A stretch of DNA of 64,000 nucleotides, taken from the IMG/VR virus record IMGVR_UViG_3300045004_000088, positions 128,001 to 192,000 of that record; one strand, given 5' to 3'. The notes under the pieces are model-generated. The model did no database searches. It saw nothing but the letters and a program-made list of their open reading frames with translations, and was not told the DNA's origin. Below are positions 18,113 through 27,783 of this stretch, piece after piece. The stretch comes from a virus. How positions within the stretch are numbered: the first letter of the stretch is position 1; each line of letters starts with the position of its first letter. The translations under genes were made by a program, and so were the position numbers.

Positions 18113-18671
18113 TGCCCATTTCGAGCATCCAGCCATCGGTGTTCGGCTTGACCGAGGACACACGCCACCACCGCTTATCCCCGTTTTGTGGATAGAGTAC
18201 AGATCCGACTGTGACTTGATCGGTGGGACACCAGATGGTGAGCGAGATGTCGTCGCCCAAAAGGATGATCCCTTCAAACGTGAACGGTTCGCCGGTGTAG
18301 TCGATTTTTGTTTTCATGTCTCCGTAAAGCTCGTCTTTCACTTTCTTAACAACGCCGGGCAAGCAATAGATAACGACCTTGTTTGGCGAGTGTTTGAGTA
18401 CGGATGTGACTTTGGGCGGGGGCGTCTCAACTTTGACGCTCTCGACCGGGGGCAGATCTTTGGTGATGTCTTGAACGGCCTCGGCCAACTCATCCACAAA
18501 ACTGACTTGCTCCAGGGATCGGTAGTCTGTCTGGCCCGTGTCGGGAACGACCAATTCTTTGAATTTGAAGTTGTGGAGTGTGAAATCACCATTCCAGATT
18601 TCCTGATTCATCATGAAAGGATTGGTTCTGTTCAGTCGGTACGGCGTTCCGTCAGATTTTCTGAGCGTCAT
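18075..18671 (-). CDS. hypothetical protein (N-term MTLRKSDGTPYRL)
   Basis: Met 53 of ORF 18075..18827 with AGAGGA RBS; N-term DGTPY motif shared with the gene at 20479. Confidence 0.5.
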   Translation of the reverse strand: MTLRKSDGTPYRLNRTNPFMMNQEIWNGDFTLHNFKFKELVVPDTGQTDYRSLEQVSFVDELAEAVQDITKDLPPVESVKVETPPPKVTSVLKHSPNKVVIYCLPGVVKKVKDELYGDMKTKIDYTGEPFTFEGIILLGDDISLTIWCPTDQVTVGSVLYPQNGDKRWWRVSSVKPNTDGWMLEMGISDFQPRFRATP

Positions 18672-18699
18672 GGAAGTCCTCTTTATTTTTAGGCACGCA

Positions 18700-18707
18700 C
18701 TATATAC
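18700..18707. promoter_or_regulatory. GTATATAG motif (minus orientation) in a divergent intergenic region
   Basis: About 30 nt upstream of the minus gene start 18671 and 47 nt upstream of the plus gene 18754. Confidence 0.3.
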
Positions 18708-18753
18708 AAGAGCTTGCCGCTTCGCTAATACAGTTCGCAAGAACGGGAGACAA

Positions 18754-19152
18754 ATGTCACTAACAGTACCCCTGACCTCGCAGATCGTTCTGCTCCAGTA
18801 TTTGATGGGGCTGACCGCGCCGGGCAATAAGATTCTTCACCTGTACAAAAACGACCCGTCGATTTCGACAGCAACGACGCTTGGCAGCTTGACCGAATCG
18901 ACCGAAGCCGGGTACGCCCCGGTCACCCTGTACTCGATCAGTTGGACCATCTCGCAGGACATGGCGAGCGTCACGACGGCGATCTACAGTGAAATGCCGT
19001 TCGACTTCACGACCGGAGCGACGGTGTACGGATACTACGTCACGAGTGCGGCGGGAAGCCTGCTGTGGGTCGAGCGGTTCGGTGGCGCTCCGTATCAGCT
19101 TCCGGTCAATGGTGGCCAGATCGCTGTTTCGGCCAGAGCGACCCTCGACTAA
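18754..19152 (+). CDS. hypothetical protein
   Basis: Met 48 of ORF 18613..19152 with GGGAGA RBS. Confidence 0.5.
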   Translation: MSLTVPLTSQIVLLQYLMGLTAPGNKILHLYKNDPSISTATTLGSLTESTEAGYAPVTLYSISWTISQDMASVTTAIYSEMPFDFTTGATVYGYYVTSAAGSLLWVERFGGAPYQLPVNGGQIAVSARATLD

Positions 19153-19172
19153 CCGTTTCCAACCCAGAGAAG

Positions 19173-19180
19173 GTATATAA
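19173..19180 (+). promoter_or_regulatory. GTATATAA motif immediately upstream of the 19184 start
   Basis: Motif ends 3 nt before the ATG (possible short-leader or leaderless transcript). Confidence 0.25.
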
Positions 19181-19183
19181 GGC

Positions 19184-20479
19184 ATGGTCACATTCATCGA
19201 ATGGGTTAGAGGCATTGAACTCGTCCGGCCGTTCATCGAGAGCTTGCTTTCGGAGTCGCGTCGTGGCGAGCCTGTTGACTTCACCGACTTGGCGAAACGA
19301 TTCGTACAGGCGGCTCAACACATTATCAAACAAAGCAATCTACCCGATGGAGTGAAAACTGCGGCACTTACCATCGACAAAACACCGCAGTTGCAACCGC
19401 ACGTTTTGGGCGGGAAGCTGCGTGGGGCATTGTCGAAGATCCCTGACGGCAGCACGCAAGAAGACATGATCAGCGACACCTTCTTGAGAATGGTCCAGAA
19501 GATGCCTGACATATTGGCGAAACAATACGCGGACTCGTCCAACCCGCCGACCGCCCAACAACTGGGCGATTATTTGGGTACTCTCTTCCAGTACGACGTG
19601 TCACAGTTCAGCGTCAAGCAAATGTGGCGCAAGGCTGCGAAGGCACCGAAGAACCTGAGTGACATCCAGAACGACGACGGGACAGAGATCGAACCGGGCT
19701 ACGAGCCGGCCGATCCTTACGCCGCACCGAGTCGCCCGAAGATGTCTCGCCAGCGGTGGAACGACGCCATCAAGGTGGTGATGGGAGTTCAAAAGAGCAT
19801 CCACGACGACATCGACCGGATCAACAGCGACAGTAGGAGCCGCGAGAGAACCGGCAAGAAGCAGGAACACGCCGACAAGCTGAACGTGACACTGGCACTG
19901 ATGCGCAACATGCCGATGGAAGTGGCCCGTCAGATCGGTGCCGAAGGCGACGGTATGAGTATGGACGACGGAAAGGTCTACTCAAGACTGAAGAAGATGA
20001 TCAAGGACGGTGAGTCGGACATGGACGGCGGCGACCGCTCACTGCTCATGCAGTGGGCCGGCAAAGACGGTGGTGACGACCACGAACACCGCGACATCAT
20101 CGCGGCGGCTATCTGGATCGCGAACGGCATGAAGGAAAGCGAAAAGCCCCAGAGAGTGGCGAACGTCGAAGGACGCAACGCTTGGTTCCTGAAGTATGCC
20201 GAGATCCCAGATGAGGAAGAGGCAACGCAAGACGAGGAGCCGCTTCAGTACACGTCACCGAAGAACGACAAGCCGGACGAACCCGACGAACCCGACGAAC
20301 CGACCGACGACTACAGTGGTGCCAACCTGTTCGCAACGGACAACAAAGACGAACCGGAACCGGAGCCAGAACCGGAACCGACGCCGACGCGGTTCTCGCC
20401 GAACGTAGAACGCAAACGCAAGAAGAAGAAAAAGAACAGGGACAACCCGCAGCAGCGGAGCTTGTTCGATGATTTCTAA
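19184..20479 (+). CDS. hypothetical protein with acidic PEPEPE repeats and a KRKKKKK basic tail
   Basis: 431-aa ORF; C-term ...QQRSLFDDF; possibly scaffold or internal-protein-like. Identity is speculative. Confidence 0.6.
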   Translation: MVTFIEWVRGIELVRPFIESLLSESRRGEPVDFTDLAKRFVQAAQHIIKQSNLPDGVKTAALTIDKTPQLQPHVLGGKLRGALSKIPDGSTQEDMISDTFLRMVQKMPDILAKQYADSSNPPTAQQLGDYLGTLFQYDVSQFSVKQMWRKAAKAPKNLSDIQNDDGTEIEPGYEPADPYAAPSRPKMSRQRWNDAIKVVMGVQKSIHDDIDRINSDSRSRERTGKKQEHADKLNVTLALMRNMPMEVARQIGAEGDGMSMDDGKVYSRLKKMIKDGESDMDGGDRSLLMQWAGKDGGDDHEHRDIIAAAIWIANGMKESEKPQRVANVEGRNAWFLKYAEIPDEEEATQDEEPLQYTSPKNDKPDEPDEPDEPTDDYSGANLFATDNKDEPEPEPEPEPTPTRFSPNVERKRKKKKKNRDNPQQRSLFDDF

Positions 20480-21027
20480 TGAGTAGGAGGCTCGTGCTTT
20501 ACAACAGAGACGGAACGCCGTACAAGCTCGCCGGGACGCGGCAGCAGTTCAACGACCGGAGTGCGGACCTGAAGTTGTTCGACGTGTGGGATCAGGAGGC
20601 GATCAGGATCGGCGGGAGTCCGCTGTACTACCAAGAGGTATTCATCCCAGAGCAGACAACGGACCCGATTTACCTTGAGAACCGTCGCAAGTTCTGGAGT
20701 ACGGTGCCGGTGGAGTTGTGGTGTGTGTACGATCCGATTGCGGCGACCAACACGCAAACCGCGTTCGGGATCGACTCGCCCGACGAGATGAAGTTCGAGG
20801 TGAACTATCGCGCGATGTTGGACGCGATTGGTCACAAGCCGAAGATCGGCAGCATTTTGAAGACCCCGTTTTTGAACGAGGTGTGGGAACTGGTTCAGAT
20901 GAACCTGAACGAGTTCAAGATGTACAAGGCTCTGAGGGCCGACCTTCTGTGCAAGAGATTCCAAGACGACGCCGTGGGTGGTCCGAGTATCTCGTCTCAG
21001 AAAGACACCAATTACAAGATCGTGTGA
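20479..21027 (+). CDS. hypothetical protein (N-term MSRRLVLYNRDGTPYKL)
   Basis: 182-aa ORF, start overlapping the upstream stop; AGGAGG nearby. Confidence 0.55.
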   Translation: MSRRLVLYNRDGTPYKLAGTRQQFNDRSADLKLFDVWDQEAIRIGGSPLYYQEVFIPEQTTDPIYLENRRKFWSTVPVELWCVYDPIAATNTQTAFGIDSPDEMKFEVNYRAMLDAIGHKPKIGSILKTPFLNEVWELVQMNLNEFKMYKALRADLLCKRFQDDAVGGPSISSQKDTNYKIV

Positions 21028-21033
21028 GGACCA

Positions 21034-21522
21034 ATGAAGAGTTTCTACGAATTCGCCGAGAGAGCGAAACGTCACAGGCTGATGAGGGAAGTCGGTGAGG
21101 CGGAACCGGCGGCTGCGCAAAACAACATGGCCGCACAGAACGCACAGAAAATGGCTACACCGCCGTCGAACAAGAACGCGACGAACCCGCCAGAAGGCAA
21201 CGACTCGGACCTGTTCGCGGCTTTGGCTAAGAACTGGAAAAACTTCTACGCGGCCAACGACAACAAGGCGGCATTCGCCAGACTACAAGCGACCGACTTC
21301 CAGCAGACGCCCGGTGTGAAGGAAATCAACCAGACACTCGGCAACCTATCGACCCAGTTGGACAAGCTCGCGGCATCACTCGCCAAGCCGCAACAAAAGC
21401 CGGCTAATAACGCCGCTGCGACGGCCAACAACGCGGGCAGCAACACGGCCGGCGCGAGTGCCGGTGCTAAACCTGCGGCGGGGGCGGCACCTCAACAGGC
21501 GGCTGGTGGGATGGGTCAGTAA
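21034..21522 (+). CDS. Ala/Asn-rich low-complexity protein
   Basis: 162-aa ORF with GAGGA RBS. Confidence 0.5.
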   Translation: MKSFYEFAERAKRHRLMREVGEAEPAAAQNNMAAQNAQKMATPPSNKNATNPPEGNDSDLFAALAKNWKNFYAANDNKAAFARLQATDFQQTPGVKEINQTLGNLSTQLDKLAASLAKPQQKPANNAAATANNAGSNTAGASAGAKPAAGAAPQQAAGGMGQ

Positions 21523-21624
21523 TTCGCATCACCGCCTGCTTCGGACGAGGCACGGGGTGGATGGAAGTTATTAGCCTCATGGGTATATGGGGTCGTAGTT
21601 TCGGCGAGATTATCGTCATCAAGT

Positions 21625-21652
21625 GGACCGGAGTCATCCGGTCCTTTTTTTT
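21625..21652 (+). terminator. rho-independent terminator
   Basis: GGACCGG-AGTCAT-CCGGTCC followed by TTTTTTTT. Confidence 0.6.
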
Positions 21653-21731
21653 GATCTTGAAGCCTTTCATGTTTCGCCTTTTCACCGGAGGGACTCATTT
21701 ATTGAACAAACGGCAATCTGGAGGATAGATA

Positions 21732-22721
21732 TTGCTTATGAACGGTCCCGATCCGAACCACCACGAGCAGAGTCTGACCCCTTGCAACGATAAGGGACTG
21801 ACGAACGACGAAAATCGTGATCCGCCGGAAGGGTATTGTGAAGGTCGGCCCTCGCTGCGACACGTTCCAGAGACGCAGGAGAGTTGGCTCGATGACGCGA
21901 TGACCAAGAAGCTCGGTCTTGGTTTCAACAAGCTCTGCGACCCGGTCCAAACGGGTCAGATTATCAACGACAACGAGAAGACGAACCCCAACGTCTTGTA
22001 CCGCTACTCGAAGGCCATCCGCTCGTGCGACGAGGCGGTAATGGACCTGTTCCGCAACTTGGTGATCATTGACGAAGACGGTGTGGCAAAGGCGGTTCCG
22101 ATCATCTGGGCGACTCAGGAACGGGCGGTGGCTCACGCCATCCAAGAGAACGTCAGTAAAGACGTTAACAATGTCGTCAACCGCATCAAGTTGCCGATGT
22201 TGGCGATCTCTTCGACGGACTTCAGTTTCAACCAAGACAGGTACACCTATCACCGCGCCATCGACTGGCTGAGGCAGAACGGACGGCCGGGGTTCGAGTC
22301 GCGGGAGAAGTACGATCACGGCACGGTGATGGGGGTGTCGCGCGGCATCCCCGTTGACGTGGGCTACACGCTGATTGCGTGGACCATGTACGTCGAGGAC
22401 ATGAATCAAATACTCGAACAGGTGATGACAAAATTCTCTCCGGTAGCATACATAAGCGTGCGTGGTGTGAGATGGGAAACCATTGTCAAACTCACCGGCA
22501 TTGCGAACAACTTGGAGACAGAGCCTGGGGATAATCAGTTGCGGGTGGTTAAGTTCCAATTCAATTTGAGTGCGGAAACGTATATACCCCAACCGATCAG
22601 TCGCGAAAAAACGGTGTTGAAGATCAAGACCGACTTCGTGGACGGGGTGAGCAAAGACAGCATCACCAGAGTCATTGATAGGCTGGAGACTGCCGTGAAC
22701 GAATTGGAATGTGACGGCTAA
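21732..22721 (+). CDS. hypothetical protein directly upstream of the sheath gene (possible tail-associated)
   Basis: 329-aa ORF; GGAGGA RBS; TTG start at 21732 or ATG at 21738. Confidence 0.6.
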   Translation: MLMNGPDPNHHEQSLTPCNDKGLTNDENRDPPEGYCEGRPSLRHVPETQESWLDDAMTKKLGLGFNKLCDPVQTGQIINDNEKTNPNVLYRYSKAIRSCDEAVMDLFRNLVIIDEDGVAKAVPIIWATQERAVAHAIQENVSKDVNNVVNRIKLPMLAISSTDFSFNQDRYTYHRAIDWLRQNGRPGFESREKYDHGTVMGVSRGIPVDVGYTLIAWTMYVEDMNQILEQVMTKFSPVAYISVRGVRWETIVKLTGIANNLETEPGDNQLRVVKFQFNLSAETYIPQPISREKTVLKIKTDFVDGVSKDSITRVIDRLETAVNELECDG

Positions 22722-22735
22722 TACCAGAGGAAACG

Positions 22736-22960
22736 ATGATTGAGATCACCAACAGAAAAAAGTTCCCCATCCAAGTGATGGTGAAGTCGCGGGCGAAACC
22801 GAAGTCCTTCACGACCAAGATCATTGCCGGCAAAGGCGCGGGAATGAACGTGTGGCTGTGTGAGGACGAGAGGACCACGGCACAAATTGAACGCCTTGAA
22901 GCAGCCGGTTTGATCAGCACAAGGCACATTCCGAACATCACGATGCAAAAGGGAGAATAA
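22736..22960 (+). CDS. small hypothetical protein
   Basis: 74-aa ORF with GAGGAAACG RBS. Confidence 0.5.
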   Translation: MIEITNRKKFPIQVMVKSRAKPKSFTTKIIAGKGAGMNVWLCEDERTTAQIERLEAAGLISTRHIPNITMQKGE

Positions 22961-22962
22961 GC

Positions 22963-25338
22963 ATGGCCATCCTACAAGGTTTTCCGCCGTCAAACACCAT
23001 CAGCCCATCGGTTCGTATTCAAGAGAACGACCTAAGCTTCATCGCTCCAGAGCAGTCGTTCCACCGGGCGGGCTTGGTCGGGTTTGCCAGCAAGGGACCG
23101 ATCAACAGCCCGACGCTGATTGCGACACAACGTCAACTGAACACGGTGTTCGGCTACCCGCACCCAGACGTGGGCGACCCGTATTTGATCTATGCGGCTT
23201 CGCAGTACCTGTTGGTAGCGAACGAACTTTACGTTTGCCGCGTGGCCGACGTTGACCCGGTTTCGGACGAACAAGCGACGACCGCCTCTGCCAACATGTT
23301 GGCGGCTGGTTCGATCATCGACATTTTCTCCTCGACCACCGGCCCGTACAGCTTCTCGCACGACAGCTTCTTCCGTTGGAGGCTGAACGGCCAGTTGAGC
23401 AACAAGACACTGACGATCCCGGCCGATGTGAACCGCGACTCGCCGGACGACGGCGACCCGTGGTCTGTGGCCGACTTGGTCGAATGGCTGAACCTGCAAA
23501 TTGACGCCGAGAACGACGGCGTGGAGTTCTACGTCCACGGCAGCGGCGGCAGCGCGACCATCGGTTTCCGCTCGGTGTGGGCATACGGCCCGCAGTCGGA
23601 ACTCGAACTGGTTTCGGTTCAGGACGACGCATACGGCGTGATGGGCATCGGCACGGGTCTGACCCCGGCCGAACTGACCGGCTCGGCCGACCGCTACCCG
23701 AACAACGGCTACACCTCGGCCGGCACCTTCAACTTCACGGGTCTGACGAACGTCTACCTCAACGTCGTGATCGACGGTACGGACAACGTGCTGATCGATG
23801 ACGTTTTGCAGACGATTGACCTGACCAACCTCGAAGGTTCCACTTGGACCACTTCGCAGGTTGTGGACGAGATCAACATTCAGTTGACGGGTCTGCCGGG
23901 TGGGTTCGTGGCCGAAGCAGTTGGCAACAACGTCCAGCTTCAAACTTTGGCTCGCGGTCGCGACTCCCGCCTGTTGGTGAAGTCCGACTCGACGGCCGCT
24001 TCGATCTTCGGATTGGCAAGCACCACGGCGGCTGGCGACAGCCCGATTGGTGTGACTGGTGACGCCGGCATCTACACCTTCGGCCGTGTCGAAGGCGAAG
24101 ACAACCTAACGGGTCAGATCTCGATGACGGTTACGGCCGAATCGACTGGCATCGAGGGCAACAACACGCGGGTCCAGATTGTCAACGACACCGCTCAGGG
24201 TACGTTCAAGATCGCGGTGTTCAACAACGGCGTGCAGTTGGAAAGTTGGGGCAACCTGACGAAGAACCAGTCTTCTTCCTTCTACGTCGAAACCTACATC
24301 GCTCTGGTGAGTGACTTCATCAGAGTCATCGACAACCCGGACATTGGCGCACCGCCGGCCGATACGAGCATTGCGGGTGTGGCACTGACGGGCGGTTCGG
24401 ACGGAATTCCGAGCGATCCTGACAAACAGGATGAAATTCTTGTCGGCTCCTTACTCAGTTATACAGGTATCTACACCTTCTCCGAGCCTGAGCAGATCGA
24501 CATCGACCTGATAGCGGTTCCGGGTCACGCAAGCACCACCGTGGTGATGAGCCTGTTGAGCTTGTGCCAGAGCTACCGTCAGGACTGCCTCGCGATCATC
24601 GACCCGCCGTTCGGCTTGACCGCCACGGAAGTCGTGTCGTGGCAGAACGGTAGCCACCCGCTGAACCTTACGCGGTTTGACTCCGACTTCGGCGCACTGT
24701 ACTGGCCGTGGGTGAAGATCTTCGACAGCTACAACGGCGTGTCCGTCTGGGTGCCGCCGTCAGGTTCGGTCATGGCGACCATCGCCAAGAGCGACTTCCT
24801 CACGGCCCCGTGGTTCGCACCGGCTGGTATCACCCGTGGTGTGGTTCCGGGCATCACCGACGTGTTCAACCGTCCGACATTGGGCGAGCGGGACACAATG
24901 TACGGCAACAGAAACTGCGTCAACCCGATTGTCCAGTTCGTGGACATCGACGGGTTCGTGATCTGGGGTCAGAAGACGCTCCAACGTCTGCCAACCGCTT
25001 TGGACCGCGTGAACGTTCGCCGGTTGCTGTTCGTGGTTGAGAAACAAATCAGGGCGGCTTCGAGAACGCTGTTGTTCGATCCGCACGACGATCAGTTCCG
25101 GTCGAGGTTCGTGAACCTCGCGACCAAGATCCTGACCGAGATTCAAGTCGGACGCGGTATCCACGCCTTCATCATCGATGCGGGTACTGACTTGAACAAC
25201 AGAGATGTAGTGGACCGCAACGAGTTCCGCGCTCAAATCGGTATCCAGCCGACCAGGGCTGCTGAGTTCATGTTCATCGAGTTCAGCGTCAACAGGACTG
25301 ACGACTTCTCGCAAACAACAGTGAACACCTCTAACTAA
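22963..25338 (+). CDS. contractile tail sheath protein
   Basis: 791 aa; N-term ...SVRIQENDLSFIAPEQSF...GFASKGPINSPTLIATQRQLNTVFG is typical of sheath N-termini; GGGAGA RBS. Confidence 0.8.
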   Translation: MAILQGFPPSNTISPSVRIQENDLSFIAPEQSFHRAGLVGFASKGPINSPTLIATQRQLNTVFGYPHPDVGDPYLIYAASQYLLVANELYVCRVADVDPVSDEQATTASANMLAAGSIIDIFSSTTGPYSFSHDSFFRWRLNGQLSNKTLTIPADVNRDSPDDGDPWSVADLVEWLNLQIDAENDGVEFYVHGSGGSATIGFRSVWAYGPQSELELVSVQDDAYGVMGIGTGLTPAELTGSADRYPNNGYTSAGTFNFTGLTNVYLNVVIDGTDNVLIDDVLQTIDLTNLEGSTWTTSQVVDEINIQLTGLPGGFVAEAVGNNVQLQTLARGRDSRLLVKSDSTAASIFGLASTTAAGDSPIGVTGDAGIYTFGRVEGEDNLTGQISMTVTAESTGIEGNNTRVQIVNDTAQGTFKIAVFNNGVQLESWGNLTKNQSSSFYVETYIALVSDFIRVIDNPDIGAPPADTSIAGVALTGGSDGIPSDPDKQDEILVGSLLSYTGIYTFSEPEQIDIDLIAVPGHASTTVVMSLLSLCQSYRQDCLAIIDPPFGLTATEVVSWQNGSHPLNLTRFDSDFGALYWPWVKIFDSYNGVSVWVPPSGSVMATIAKSDFLTAPWFAPAGITRGVVPGITDVFNRPTLGERDTMYGNRNCVNPIVQFVDIDGFVIWGQKTLQRLPTALDRVNVRRLLFVVEKQIRAASRTLLFDPHDDQFRSRFVNLATKILTEIQVGRGIHAFIIDAGTDLNNRDVVDRNEFRAQIGIQPTRAAEFMFIEFSVNRTDDFSQTTVNTSN

Positions 25339-25366
25339 GGGAAAGATACCATAAGGAGAAACGATC

Positions 25367-25987
25367 ATGGCGCAACTCAAAAATCAGCCGATGGGCATGG
25401 GACAACTTGGCAAGACCAACGTTGTCTTCAAGCGGAAGTTCCGCTGGACCTTTGAAGTCATTACGAACTGTCCGGTGATCCCGAACGTTCCAGAGCATTT
25501 CGTCAAACTCGCTGCTCGGCCGAACCTGAGCATCGAGGAAACCGAAATCAACTTCTTGAACGGCAAGATGTGGATTCCGGGTAAGGGTACTTGGGAAACG
25601 ATCTCGGTAACATACTACGACGTATCCGGCACTGACGGCGACATGTCGTATGTGTACTCGTGGATCGCCACCGTGTACAACTTCCTGAACCCGATCCTGT
25701 TGACCCAGTCCTCGTCTCAGGACGGTTACGGCGGGACGGCGTTCCTCAACCTGTACGACGGTTGCGGTACGGCGATGGAAACTTGGACCCTCGGCAACAT
25801 GTGGCCGCTGACGGTCAACTTCGGCGAACTGGATTACGCGGCGTCCGAAGAGTGTACCGTCGAATTGACCTTGCGGTACTCGGAAGTGGCGTACAAGGCA
25901 CAGAACTTGTGTATGCAGCAGCCGATTGCGGCCTGCTCTGGCTGTGGTCCGTGTGTGGAAGTCCCGGCCCTCGTCGCACAGGGCTGA
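25367..25987 (+). CDS. tail tube protein (T4 gp19-family), paralog 1, with Cys-rich C-terminal tail
   Basis: KRKFRWTFEV...LYDGCG...FGELDYAASE...TLRY motifs shared with the three paralogs. Confidence 0.7.
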   Translation: MAQLKNQPMGMGQLGKTNVVFKRKFRWTFEVITNCPVIPNVPEHFVKLAARPNLSIEETEINFLNGKMWIPGKGTWETISVTYYDVSGTDGDMSYVYSWIATVYNFLNPILLTQSSSQDGYGGTAFLNLYDGCGTAMETWTLGNMWPLTVNFGELDYAASEECTVELTLRYSEVAYKAQNLCMQQPIAACSGCGPCVEVPALVAQG

Positions 25988-26002
25988 TATTGACAATCAA
26001 AG

Positions 26003-26036
26003 AAAAAGCCGACCTGAAAGGGTCGGCTTTTTTCGT
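26003..26036 (+). terminator. rho-independent terminator
   Basis: AAAAAGCCGACC-tgaaag-GGTCGGCTTTTTT. Confidence 0.65.
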
Positions 26037-26066
26037 TTTGAGACTCATTTATACACGGAGGACCAA

Positions 26067-26597
26067 ATGGCACAATCAATGGGATTCGGCATCCTGGCTT
26101 CGCCAAATGCCGTCTACAAAAGGAAAAACCGCTGGCTCATGAAGATCGACGGCATCGCCGACGACGGGACCAGTGCGTTGCCGCCGGCCAAAGGAGCGAG
26201 GCCGAGCCTCACCTTCAAGGAAATGGAAGCCCAACACCTCAACGAGACGATCTACTACCCAAGCAAAACCGAATGGAAGCCGATCCAACTGACGCTTTAC
26301 GACCTCAACATCTCAAGCGGCGGTTGCACCAATAAGGGCAAAAAGGTGTTCGACTGGGTCAAGAAAGTCTACGACCCGGAAAACGGCGGTTGGGTCGCGC
26401 CGTGCGACGTAGAGTTTAAGAAAGACTGCCGGTTGGAAATGTACGACGGCTGCGGTGAGATCCTCGAAACTTGGATCTTCGAGAACGCTTGGCCGCAGGT
26501 CGTAGAATGGGGCGAATTGGACATGTCCGAAGGCAACATCGTAATGCTCGACATCACGCTCAGATACGACCGCGCCTACCTCGTCAACCAGAACTAA
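26067..26597 (+). CDS. tail tube family protein, paralog 2
   Basis: Met 48 of ORF 25926..26597 with GGAGGA RBS; YKRKNRW...MYDGCGEILETW...LRYDRAY. Confidence 0.7.
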   Translation: MAQSMGFGILASPNAVYKRKNRWLMKIDGIADDGTSALPPAKGARPSLTFKEMEAQHLNETIYYPSKTEWKPIQLTLYDLNISSGGCTNKGKKVFDWVKKVYDPENGGWVAPCDVEFKKDCRLEMYDGCGEILETWIFENAWPQVVEWGELDMSEGNIVMLDITLRYDRAYLVNQN

Positions 26598-26830
26598 TCG
26601 AACAGGTCAACGCCGAGAATCTCTCGCCATTCCTGAATCATCTGTTCTAGTTCTTTGGGTTTCTTACCGAGAACCCGACAGGCTCCCGATTTGTTCAGAC
26701 GGTGCTTCTTGGTGGTCCACTTGGTTTCGTTCGTCAAAAGCAGATGGATCTCTTTCTCGTAGCCGGAATCGATCAAAAGTTGAATTTGTTCAGCCCGCTC
26801 GATCTCGTTCACAAAATTCCCAGACATCAA
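26594..26830 (-). CDS. small hypothetical protein
   Basis: 78-aa ORF directly downstream of the sigma factor gene. Confidence 0.45.
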   Translation of the reverse strand: MMSGNFVNEIERAEQIQLLIDSGYEKEIHLLLTNETKWTTKKHRLNKSGACRVLGKKPKELEQMIQEWREILGVDLFD

Positions 26831-26835
26831 CCCCC

Positions 26836-27363
26836 TTAGCTTTGTAGTCTGTGCGACTGCCAGCGTGAAGCCGTCTTCCCGTGAGTGCCGCCCAGATAAA
26901 TCGAATCCATAGTGTCTTGGAGGAAATCATGGTACTTCCTCTTCAATTCATTGTAGTTCCGAATCGTCCGGTGATTTTGCTTTAGGTGATTGAAAATACA
27001 AGTCGTCATGTAATTGAACGCCTTGCCCTTAGACGGATCAAACCTGTCGATCTTCTCGAAACAAATCAGGACACCCTCCTGAATCGCGTCGTCCGGGTCG
27101 ATCAAGTAGAACTTGGCGTAACGAACGAGGTTCTCCGACAACAGGTAGAAGGCCGTCGCCAGTTCGGACTGAGCCACGGAGAACCGACCCTTCGCCTCCT
27201 CAAGATCGAAATTGTTCTTGTCCCGCTGCTTCCGGTTGCGCCGCTGATCACGGCACATGTTGTCCTCCGCAATCATTTCGCAACGAAGGCACTCGCGTTT
27301 CGCTTCTTGAAAGCGAGCGATGATACTTTCCAGATATGCGTTGTTGAGATACTCGTTCGCCAT
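26836..27363 (-). CDS. sigma-70 region-2-like small sigma factor (T4 gp55-like late sigma candidate)
   Basis: Met 15 of ORF 26836..27405 with AAGGAG RBS; DAIQEGVLICFEKIDRFDPSKGKAFNYMTTCIFN resembles sigma region 2.1-2.3; ~175 aa. Confidence 0.6.
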   Translation of the reverse strand: MANEYLNNAYLESIIARFQEAKRECLRCEMIAEDNMCRDQRRNRKQRDKNNFDLEEAKGRFSVAQSELATAFYLLSENLVRYAKFYLIDPDDAIQEGVLICFEKIDRFDPSKGKAFNYMTTCIFNHLKQNHRTIRNYNELKRKYHDFLQDTMDSIYLGGTHGKTASRWQSHRLQS

Positions 27364-27423
27364 CGAAGCTCCTTGAATGGGTGAAAACAAAGAAGCCCCG
27401 CGCATAGCGATATGACGGGGTAT

Positions 27424-27431
27424 CTATATAC
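27424..27431 (-). promoter_or_regulatory. GTATATAG motif upstream of the sigma factor gene
   Basis: About 60 nt upstream of the 27363 start on the minus strand. Confidence 0.3.
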
Positions 27432-27528
27432 TGACGACCGCTCAAATCTGTTGGATTTTTACGCGGAGGGCGTCAGGGCTTTCGATTCTTGCGAACAATT
27501 CGGTATGATGTGATTGGGAGGACGATCA

Positions 27529-27783
27529 TTGAGAGAGATCTACCAACGCCTGTTCGACATCATCGCGAATCCGAACGCGCCCAAGCCGTACCGCGACTTG
27601 CTGGTCTTCATGAAGACCAGCGGGCGGTCGGCCGAAGCAGCCGGGATCGCAACACTATTAAAGAACGTCTTCGATGAAAACGAAGAACCTGAGCCTGCAC
27701 TGTCTGAACGTCGGCGAACCGGAGCCGACAATCAAAACGCTATTGGAAGCGAGGCGGTACGCCGGCCCGATGACCGTGGGTGA
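27529..27783 (+). CDS. small hypothetical protein (TTG start; may be joined to the next ORF by a frameshift)
   Basis: GGGAGGA RBS 7 nt upstream of TTG; shares an EPEP junction with the +1-frame ORF at 27674. Confidence 0.4.
   Translation: MREIYQRLFDIIANPNAPKPYRDLLVFMKTSGRSAEAAGIATLLKNVFDENEEPEPALSERRRTGADNQNAIGSEAVRRPDDRG

Noticed and set aside
21563-21740. Small ORF MEVISLMGIWGRSFGEIIVIKWTGVIRSFF…
   Set aside because: No usable RBS, and it runs through the terminator hairpin. More likely a 3'UTR.
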